Shown: positions 53,830-64,000 of the stretch, piece after piece | Layout of the letters: each line of letters starts with the position of its first letter | How positions within the stretch are numbered: the stretch's first letter is position 1 | Assembly (NCBI RefSeq): GCF_026210795.1 | Contig: NC_089431.1 | Coordinates: forward strand, 5,270,001-5,334,000 | Length of the DNA: 64,000 nucleotides | Direction: 5' to 3' | Source of the DNA: Rhizophagus irregularis | Taxonomy: Eukaryota | Position numbers and translations under genes: made by a program | Notes under the pieces: generated by a model | Told to the model about the DNA's origin: nothing | The model's database searches: none | Seen by the model: only the letters and a program-made list of their open reading frames with translations

Positions 53830-54615
53830 AATTTTTTATAAAAAAAAAAGATCTCTAATGAAATTCTTTATTAAAAGAAAAAAAATTTCAAGCCAAAATT
53901 CTCGATACACTTATTAAAAAAGAACTATTTTCAATAAAAATTTTCTATTAAGATTTCTAAACAAAATTCTCCACCAAAAAAATAAAAAAAATTTTCAACA
54001 AACAATTCTCTAATGAAATTCTCAATCAAAAAAAATATCCCCGATAAAGAAAAATTTCTTAACGAAAATCTTCCATCAAAAAATACATTTCCCTATTAAA
54101 AAAAATTCACAAAGAATTTCTATATCAAAAAAAAAAAACTAAAAAAAAAATTCTCAGCGAAATCTATTAAAGAAAAATTCTTTAATGAAATTCTCTATCA
54201 AAAACAATCCCCCTATTAAAAAAAAATTCTAAATAAAATTCTCCGTCAAAAAATACTTTCACCTATTAAAAAAAATTCTTAACGAAATTATCTATCAAAA
54301 AAAAACTTCCCTATTAAAAAAAATTCTTCAAATAATTTTCTACAAAAAAAAAAAATTCTCAATGAATTCTCTATCAAAAAAAAAATCTCTCCTGTTAAAA
54401 AAAATTGTTCCAACAAATTAAGTATATGTAAAAAAAAAAATCTTACTAAAAAAAATTCTCCAATGAAATTTCTACCAAATAAAAGTTTTTAACGAAATTA
54501 TCCATCAAAAAAAATTCAGAAATGTCCCTATCAATGAAAAAAATTCTCTAACGAAATTTTTTATCAAAAAAAATCTTTTTATTAAAAAATTCCCAAAGAA
54601 ATTCTATCAAACAAA
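53830..54615 (+). repeat. AT-rich degenerate repeat array (GAAATTCTCTATCAAAAAAAA / CCTATTAAAAAAAATTC), probably a TE interior
   Basis: Many degenerate copies directly following the GA-rich array. Confidence 0.7.
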
Positions 54616-57079
54616 ATAACAAAATTTGTTTATAAAAAAAAAAGCCATAAAAAAAAAAAATTTTAAAACTACGCTAAACTTAAAAACATGTGATCGACAA
54701 AATATCTTTGACAAAATTATCGAGTATGGTTACAGATATATCAATGTACTGAAGTTATACTAGTATCTTTGAGCTCATATCAAATAACATATTTATGCTT
54801 TAGAAAATCGAACTAAAGAAAAATTAATAACCATAAAATGAAATTTGCTATGTAGATTTTACAAAATCACAATATAATAAAATAATCAAATAATTTTTTT
54901 TAGCTAAAGTTGATTCAGCATGATCATATTGTACATAATAAATGTAATGATACTAGCTTTTTTTAAAAAAGTTATTCCATTTACAGTATATGATATTCTA
55001 AACGATTGATCTATTAATTTATTAGTGTCACTTTTATCATCCATATTCTTTTGTTGTATTGATCGTTCATTGGACCTAAATATATTTATTATCTGAAAAT
55101 GAAATAAACCAAGAATCTATCGTTTTGGCATTCACATACATACTTCATCTATCGGAGTCACACTATTTTCAATTTCGATTAACTCAGTGATCAAAAAAAA
55201 TTAAAATGTCTTTTATTTAACAATCATTATACGGATAAACCATAAGTAACAATATATTATTATAAAACCAATCATAAAACACACACGTTTCAAACGACTA
55301 CGAAACGCCTAAATAATGAGAATTAGATCAAAGCGAGGTTTTGTAATACTGTAATAACTGAATAAAGGAACTAATTTTAGAACTCTTTTAAAAAATAAAT
55401 TTTATAATAGACCATATTCATTTTAAAATCAATATCGATGAATAATAGATAGTTCTCGAGTTTGAATCCAATTTAGAGTATATAACGTCATAATGTGACC
55501 CGTTAAATATTTGATATCTTTTTTTGGATTTATTCAATAAAAATACAATCACATATATTAAATGTTTCTATTTCTCGATTTTTTTTGTTTTTCATAATTA
55601 TCATAATAGATATTTATAACGGAAATGTTACACGTTTCAAGCATCGTATTATTCAACTTTTTAGGTTATTGCATAAATTAGGGGTTAAACGTTTGAGTAC
55701 ATATTATCAAGAACTAGTAATTGTTACAAAATAACCTAAAAATGTTATAGTGATAACGGAAATTAAAATGCTTAATGCATTTTTATTTCAAAAAAGGTTA
55801 AGTAATAATATACAAAATTACGAAAAAAACAATGTTTATTTGTTAGAACAGTGCTTTCTTTTAATGGTATTAATTATTAGCATTAAGCGTTTAATGATTT
55901 ATACAAATCCGCAATAAGTGTCCATTGTGGTATGTAATAGGGGTTAGAATATAAATAGTTTTAGGTTAATCTTTTTGTTACCAGAATCACATGACAATTT
56001 CACGGGTCTTACGAATCCTTTCTTTCACGTGATAAAATCAGATTTAAAACGTAGGGAATTTTGTGAAGCATCATTTTGTAAACGATCGACTGAATAAAAA
56101 ATCTTAATTAGTACCATCCAATTTAAAATACCGGTTTGTTTAATTATTAGCTTTTAAGAATTGGGAGCAAATTTTTTTAGTGAAAAAAAGAGATCATGAT
56201 TGGATTTGCAATGGTTGTGTCATTGTCCATTACAGCAATTTAAGATTAATATACATTAATTATCTCGCAAAAATTACTTTCTTGACCCTCATCGGCTCAT
56301 CGTATTACTTTCTTGACCCGGTCAACATGATTATGTATGACAAAAATGACCTGAAACGCGATACGTGATAAACAAAAAAAGAAATAGTTTATTTTTTATT
56401 TATATTTAACAAAAATAGCATTCTTCCAACAGATCGATTTCTTCTTCACTTTTTTCGTCAATGGCACCTCTGAAGATTTCGGCAACACACAGTTTACTAT
56501 AAAATTCATTCTCTTCTGCCATTGCTATTGCCTGTTTTTTCTTTTTATTAACCTGCTTTTTATAAGAAAATATTGCAACATTTGCGTCATAGGAGTGTGA
56601 TAGGTATTAGAACTATCTCATGCACAAGCCGATCATAGTGACGCTAATCTAGTCAAAATCGCACGAAACAATTTTTTCGTTAATTTACAGCGGAATTATA
56701 TACCGATATTTGGATATATTTGCTTGATACATATTTTAGTTTCAATAACAAAATTTAAAAAGTTTAACACTATTTTTTATTTATTTTTTCAATATAAAGA
56801 CAGATAGTCTTACCCTATAAAAATTTTTAAATAGACAATTCAGTAAAGGTCTCGGAATTTATACTGAAATTATCTGCTGTAAAAAAACTGAAAATTTTAT
56901 TGAATAGATTTAATTAATAATAACACTGATAATAAACTAATAAAAAACTGATTAATTCATAGAATAATTTATTGTATAAAACTGATAATAAACTAATAAA
57001 AAAACTGATAAAATTCATAGAATAATTTATTGTGTAAAATGGATAAATTTCGGATCAAAAACTGAAAATTTATTGAGAG

Positions 57080-57206
57080 AATTTCACGAAAGACTTTTAT
57101 ATAAGGGTCATTACCAACTTCATTGGTTATATCATAAAATTCTTCATCATTTAAAATTTCAAGTAAGTTTTTGTGATAAATTTGATAAATGTTTATTATC
57201 ATTCAT
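57080..57206 (-). pseudogene. BTB exon1 fragment (frameshifted, truncated)
   Basis: MNDNKHLSNLSQ / NLLEILNDEEFYDITNEVGNDPYIKVFR, then similarity ends. Confidence 0.8.
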
Positions 57207-58159
57207 TTTTTAGTAGTATAATTCAACGGTAACGAAAGAAATAAGAAAAGAGTACAACTCAAATTTGTAAATGACTAGCCTTATATACTGTATGTGAACA
57301 ATTGTATTTTGTACGACATTATTTTATTTATCGCATTACGTTTGTAATTTTTTGCAATAATAAAGAAAGGAAAAAAAAAAAATTTATCTATCGCAGTTTT
57401 CAGAATTGTAAACGATCGATAGCAAATGCTGGCACGCTAGCATATACGGCGCAAAATTATTGCGCTTTTTGCGCTTTTCAAAATTGTGCTACCCGGCCTA
57501 CCCCGGGACGATTACCGGACAAAAATCGGACAATGTAGTCCTGTAATCGTCTTCACAACGTACACACTTTGTATCATTAAAAAAGAAAAAAAAATAGGAT
57601 TTTAACAATTGAACAGAACTTAACATCATAATGTAATTGTCCTATAAAATTATTAATTTTCAAAAAACCTTGCTTTAAATAATTTACACTTTTAAATTGA
57701 GGGTAAAATTTGGCATTCGAACAGTATAAGCCGCTCCAAATTAACTTTTAGTTTAACGTCAGTCCTCCCCTCTATTTTTGAAAATTTTATATATGTGCAC
57801 CTTCTAAAAATTGAGCGGTACCGAATATTTCCGATTTTACCGAAAATTTTCAAATTTTTTGAGCCAGAAAGGACGTTAAAATAGTTATTAGTTTGGAATA
57901 GGAGAAAATTAGCCATTGGGTAACAACGTACCTTAATTGATAACTTTTATATTTTTATTTCAAAATTTTTGATAGTGAGTGAGCAACATTAGATTTGTTA
58001 TTACATAGAATCATAGAATCCCATGATCAGCGAATCACGAAAGAATTTACAGAAATTCGTAATACTTGGTATAAAATTTTGAATTATCATTGTTAAAAAA
58101 AAATTAATTTATTCTAAATTTACCAAAACTTTGACTTTGAAAAAAAAAACCCCCTCTTA

Positions 58160-59690
58160 TTATATTTCCTTTATAATTTGAAATACTTCACATTCTTCTA
58201 TATCAAAATGTACAAATTTTCTAATCGGTTTTTTATAAGATTTTTGTCTACAATAATTACCTAAAAATCCTAATATAATTAAGTCAGTATTACCAAATGA
58301 AGGACCATTAAAAGAACCATTAAGTATTGCATGATTTTCATTCGTTATACGACTTAAAATATAATTTTCAGTTTCGTTACTATTATTATCATTATTATTA
58401 TTATTAAAAGAAAATATAAAACTATCCTTAGTAATACTATCACCACCATAAGATCTCCATTCAACTGGATTATATCCTCCAAGAATTTCATTATTATCTT
58501 TCACTTTAACAATTGTTACAGTACGAGAATGATCATCACAATATTGATGGAATTTTTCGCGTGTAAGACCATCACGAGAACCGCGAAATAATAATTTAAA
58601 TTCACATGGAGAAGTTAACTTATTCCCAATTTTTGATCTATCTACCCATTTTAATATTAATTCAGCTTGTTGAAATGAAATGATTTTTGAATCAATAGTT
58701 ATTAAACTAATTTCTTTATTCATACGAGGTTTTGATTTACCACTTTTCTTATTATCATTACCCAAAAATTCTTTTAATAAATCTATATATAATTCTTTTG
58801 GTAAAATTTTTCTATAAGGAAATACTTTATCTAAAAATTCCTTAGAAGTTAAATTATGAAATCTAATAAAAGGTATACATTGTTTTAAGGTATTTTTCAA
58901 AGTATTAAAATCATCTTTTGAATAGTTTGTAGGATCAGAAGGAAGATCTGGATGTTGAGCAAGTCCCCATTTAAGTACATGATCCCAAACTTGAATTTCA
59001 GTCGTTTGAAGATCATTATTTTGAATAACTGAAATCAAAAGCTTTTCTGGAATTAAGGAAAAATTTAATGAATTAAAAATTTTATCTGGTTGTTTAGATA
59101 TTAAATCAGTACAATAATTTTGAAGATCCAAGAACGAATCATTTTCAAAGCTTGCATTATAAACGATATCAAAATTTTGTTCCATCCATTCAGATTTGTT
59201 TTTTATCAAAAATGATTGTAAATATTTGATTAATTCCTGAAGATAAAGTTCACCGGCAGAAACCAAAGTTTTAATTATAATAGAAGTATCACACTCATTC
59301 AAAGATATAAATATTTCCCCACTATAAATATACCTAAAACAATAAAAATTATATAATTATATAATTAATTATTAAGAAAAAAAAATAAAAATATTAATAA
59401 AATTTTTAAAATTTTTAATTTTTAATTATTTCTTACCTTAAAATAATTTCAAAAATTTCCGGTGAAATATTTGGTAATTTAATATGTGATAAAATTCCAT
59501 CGTTTTTCCTTTTGTTAGTCGTTAACGTTATAATTCTTCGCAAATAAGGAGAACGATAATATAAAATAACCATATGAGCACGAAATATTCTTACATATGG
59601 ATCATTACCAACTTCAATGGTTATATCATAAAATTCTTCATCATTTAAAATTTCAAGTAAATTTTGTGATAATTTTGGTAAAAGTTCCAT
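58160..59690 (-). CDS. BTB-BACK-TLDc protein; exon1 59690-59437, exon2 59333-58160
   Basis: Same domain motifs; in-frame IILR|YIYSG junction. Confidence 0.92.
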
Positions 59691-61789
59691 TTTTTATAAT
59701 TTGAGAAATTTGAGACGAAAGAAAATGAATGAAAAAAAAAAATACAACCTTATAAATAGTTATTTGCGGGTTGTACAACGTTAAATTTTTCATTTGTTTT
59801 GATGCGCGTAACGTAATGCATTTCGTGACTATGAATTAATGAATTAAGGTTTATCCCTTTATATTATAACCCGTCATTTGCCAATCATAAGTATGGTTGC
59901 ACGAAAAATTTTTTTTTCTTCGGAAAAAAAAAATAAATAGAAAATAAAATTATCAATTAATTTTTAATTTCTTTTCACCTAGTTTTAACAAAAATACTAA
60001 AATAAATAAATTTGCACAATTCTTAATTTCCTTTAAGTTGTTTATTTATTATACAAGATGCAATTCATATAGAACCAGCCACACCGCCCACACGCTTTTA
60101 AATTGGGATGTACAAAAACTCAAACTAGTGATTATGCGAAAAAAAAAAATTGTTTAATGTAGTAAAGGGATGTATAATATTTATGTACAGTTGTTAAGTG
60201 TATTATTTATTTTAATATTAAAAAGAAATAGTTCTTTTATTCTTTTTGGTTTATCTATACGCAATACAGGGTATGAATTAGATATAAAAATTAGGCAATT
60301 TGAAATTGTAAATTATCAAATTATGATAGTTATTACATATTTAGAGAAGGAACGAGATATTTAAGTGTTAATTTTTGGATTATAGAATTTTTTTAAATTA
60401 TGTAAATTTCGTTATGACTACTTGCTCCGCGGAATTAAAATTGCTTGGTGTCCTAGTAATTACTCTTCGTCGTGATATTTAATTTGGAATGACCTTGTGT
60501 GTTGAATAGAAATTGAGGTAATACATTATGAACTAAACGATTAAAACTTTATCGCTTCCATCATTTCCATACTAGATTATTAAAGATTTGATTTTAGATA
60601 TCCAATTATTTGTTCAGAAATACTACACAATTTGAATTACTTTGCATCCTTTTACATAATATACCGTATATACGTTTAATAAAGCTTATCGAGTAATAAT
60701 ACAGTATCTATCAATAAAAATATATGTATAAACGAAACTTAATATTCGTAATATTGAATAAGGCATAGGAGGATGTTTTTGATTGAACATTTTGTTTTGT
60801 AGTGCAATGTGACTGTCTGTAACTTTTGGTTACGGCGCTTCTTGGACCTTAGGTTCGGATTTATCATTTACTAATTAATTTAATAGAGAGATTTTTAGTT
60901 ATTTTCGGAGTGGTCATTTGGCCTAATTAATCAGATTTCAGGCGCGTATATAGCTTATTTCGAAATGATCATTTACTAAACAAATAGCTTAATTTTTCTA
61001 CTCAGATTTATTATTATAGAGTGATTATTTACTAAATAGATAGCTTAATTTTCTTACCATCGAATTTTCAATCGCGTAATTAACAATTTTTATTTAATTT
61101 TTAAAAGTATCATTATATAAAAGTTAGACAAATAAAGTCGTATTGCATCAAACTTACATTCCATTCTCAGACTGATATATAATTGTCTGAGTCGTGTTTA
61201 TCCTGCAAACTTCAACAAAAAGTCAGTGTTGGGTTGGCTATAAAGGTATTATATTTTGAGAAATTTTATCAAAAGTTCACTATCGCGGTAAGTACTTGTT
61301 TGTCTTTACTATATTAATGATAATGTAATGCTGTATTATATTAGAATATCGGGAGAAGCCTTGCGCCTTTTGAGGGAACGTACAAGTATGGGACAGTTTC
61401 TTTTACGAAAAGCCAAGATGTATCTAAGCTAACGTCTCAAGATGTTTTGAGTAAAGAGTTACAACTTATAATTAAGAATCTGTACCCAGGAACAAAAGAA
61501 ATCGAGAACGCTAACGCAATACAGAAGGCCAATATTTATAAATAATGAGTGTGCTGCCTTCTATACTGCTAGTATGGGATAAGTTGCGTTCGGACATGTA
61601 TACTATACTCTATACTGCTTGTTAGAGAAGTATCATCCTGTAATGAAGGTCTAAGATTTTAGAGAAGGATTAGTTCCTTAATCTTACTCGTGGAAAAGTA
61701 AATATTGATTGTACATGTATACTACTAGGAGCTAAAAAGGAAGAAGTATGAAGAAAAGGAAAATATTCAACCACTAGCAAAAAACAACA

Positions 61790-63262
61790 ATCATCTATTG
61801 TCTTTTTCTGTTTAATAAAAGAAGATGCATCTGTACATGCCTTTCCAGTAAAGATTAATAAAGAAAAAATCATTGGTGAGTTGAAAGATGTTGCTAAGGA
61901 GAAAATAGATGTATCTGTTGCAAAAGAGCTCAGTTAAAATACTTCAACGATCATAATGACGATTTGAACAACCTTTTACTTCATGATCAAGATGAGCACT
62001 TTGCAACTAAGAAGATAAGTAGATGCTTCCCCTAAGAGCCTGATAATGAACATATTCATCTAATTGTGTCTTTACCAGAAGCTACTGGACTAATCACCCG
62101 AGAGCGGGAACTTTTGGACCAGATAGCGGAATTGAAAAAAAAATTGATAATTCTATAATATGTTGTTGGTTATGATTTCGTGGAATTTTTATCAGACTTA
62201 TGCTAATCTCCTAAACATAATTCAGAATTTGCCAAAGTCATTTAAATGGGTTGCAAATATGGAGCAGGTGTCTCTTTATGGTCTTAAAGAAACTTTATTT
62301 GACTACGTTGCGGTTAATTGAAAACAAAATTCAAGCTGTGTATAAAACCCAGAACTCGAAAATGATGAAGCAGCATTGAACTTTATATGTGATGACGGGA
62401 ATTACTTTTCTCAAAGTAATTTGGACTTTCGTAATATGCTCCAGTTACTTATATCAAAAAATAGCTTCAAGTTCACAGTTCACAGTATTTATAGAGGCAA
62501 TCTTATCATTCTCTCTTTAGACTTTTACAAAGATGTGCAAACTCTATGGAATAGGAGAAATTGACAATCCATCATTATCTTCATTTCCTCCTTCACTTGT
62601 GAATATGTAAAGCTGAACGATGAAAAGTCACAAGTGATAGTAAAACACCTTATAACAGACCTAATATTCCGTACTAAAGTTATTCTGATCAGCATCTAAA
62701 AGTCAATATGCCTGTGCATACCTTGTGGATGCTGCCAATCTTTATCCGGATAAGTTTGAAATTCGTCCATAATGGGAACGGTAATAATCCAGTTGATTAT
62801 AGTGTGGTTTTGCCTCGTATCGCTAGATTGATCGGTAAAAGACAAGGATTTTAAACAGGGGATTGCTCGAAATGCAGTGCAGTGTGAATCAGTTTTAGCA
62901 AGTATTGTAACCGATGAAATTATAGGAAGCTATTGACGCATATATAAGAGTCGCTAATCAGCATGGATGGGCTGTACCACAAGGATGGAGTGCAAAAGCA
63001 TTGATTATAAGTACAAACTTTGCACATTTGGAATAATATTGTCCACATGATTGATGATCTTGGTGAAAAATGATTCTTTTAGAATGTTCGCTAGATGATA
63101 ATGAAAACCAAAGTTTATCAAAACCGGTGATCATTATATATGGGATAAAAATATGGAAGACATGTTAACAAAGATTCTTGGCCATATTGCGTGGTTACTG
63201 TATATTTATATATATATTGAAGGAAGCTCAAATGCTGGAGCAACAAAAAGATAAGAACATAT
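61790..63262 (+). pseudogene. Crinkler (CRN)-type gene relic: ubiquitin-like N-terminus plus putative restriction-endonuclease-fold C-terminus
   Basis: SIVFFCLIKEDASVHAFPVKINKEKIIGELKDVAKEK..AKEL, HIHLIVSLP; downstream PVDYSV, FKQGIARNAVQCES, FLECSLDD, SKPVII; no start ATG, many stops and frameshifts. Confidence 0.75.
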
Positions 63263-63631
63263 TTAATATATTTGTAAATTAGAAATTTTTTTTCATTTTT
63301 TAAGTTTGTATATGCATGTGATGCGAATTAGGAACATGTATTGTATCTGAAAAATAAAAAAAGTATTTATGCTATTCCTCTCATATACTATTATCAGAAA
63401 AATATAAATAGTCGATCATTATTTTTGCATGAATAGAACGCGGAATACTGATAAGTCACGCGTGATGATACGATGTCGATATGGTCCGTATGACAGTACT
63501 TTCAAAAATTGCTCGCCCACGCTATCCAATAATTTTATTATGCTAACACATAGTAAGTAATATGAGATAACCGACCTAAATAACAATTACGTAAAATCTG
63601 CATGAATATATGAGGATAACTGATAAGTATT

Positions 63632-63720
63632 AGTTATTTACTAATCTAGTAGTATATAAATGGGTTATCATCCGAAGGATGATGGCCCATTTATATACTA
63701 AACTAGATCAGTAAATAACT
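63632..63720. repeat. Long imperfect palindrome (~43-bp arms, 3-nt GAA loop)
   Basis: AGTTATTTACTAATCTAGTAGTATATAAATGGGTTATCATCC-GAA-GGATGATGGCCCATTTATATACTAAACTAGATCAGTAAATAACT. Confidence 0.85.
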
Positions 63721-64000
63721 TTTTTATCATCCTAGATATACTAATTGGTCTGCCAGTTTATAACTGGCGGAAAAAATCCTAAATACCAATTAACAGTCTA
63801 TTATTTATTATATGAACATTTTTTATGATCAGTGATTTAAATAAAAAAGTATCAATATTACTTATAATTTTATGTGAAATTATTCAATAAATAAATAAAA
63901 ATTTCTTTTATCTTTTATATCAAATCATTCTTTTACTGATGTCACAATAATATTCTCAAAGAAACTAAATAACCTCTCGAGCCAAGTGCGAAGCATTAAA

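Noticed and set aside
53331..53831. 166-aa Ser/Leu-rich ORF
   Set aside because: Translation of the GA-rich minisatellite; TTG start, no domain
57506..57550. 14-bp inverted repeat GACGATTACCGGAC / GTCCTGTAATCGTC
   Set aside because: Real but too short to assign; probably a TE scar, and bacterial-type terminators are not relevant here
63445..63482. Hammerhead-ribozyme-like CTGATAAGTCACGCGTGATGATAC
   Set aside because: Core deviates from CUGANGA and GAAA, and stems I and III could not be built

Overview
Very AT-rich, intron-containing fungal nuclear DNA. The gene families (TKL-like kinases, BTB-BACK-TLDc, Sel1-repeat, Crinkler) and the embedded 18S fragments point to an arbuscular mycorrhizal fungus (Glomeromycotina, Rhizophagus-like); this assignment is inferred. 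The window is a fast-evolving signalling or immune-like compartment. It holds 3 intact, 1 window-truncated and 3 decayed BTB-TLDc paralogs, two intact TKL kinases plus kinase relics, an 11-repeat Sel1 protein, and a large Ig-like/multi-TM surface protein with a truncated duplicate. It also holds an ALO/GULO-type FAD oxidase, a Crinkler pseudogene, a stitched 18S/28S rDNA relic and many TEs (full-length Zator, hAT MITEs, solo LTRs, LINE relics). The standout is the 10-exon gene at 2753-8375. Nine tandem [Cys4 zinc-knuckle + kinase N-lobe] modules precede a single C-lobe, and all 9 introns are phase 0 at the same position in helix alphaC. Any upstream half-lobe could therefore in principle be spliced in frame to the one catalytic exon. 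Coordinates and splice sites were read by eye; no database searches were run.
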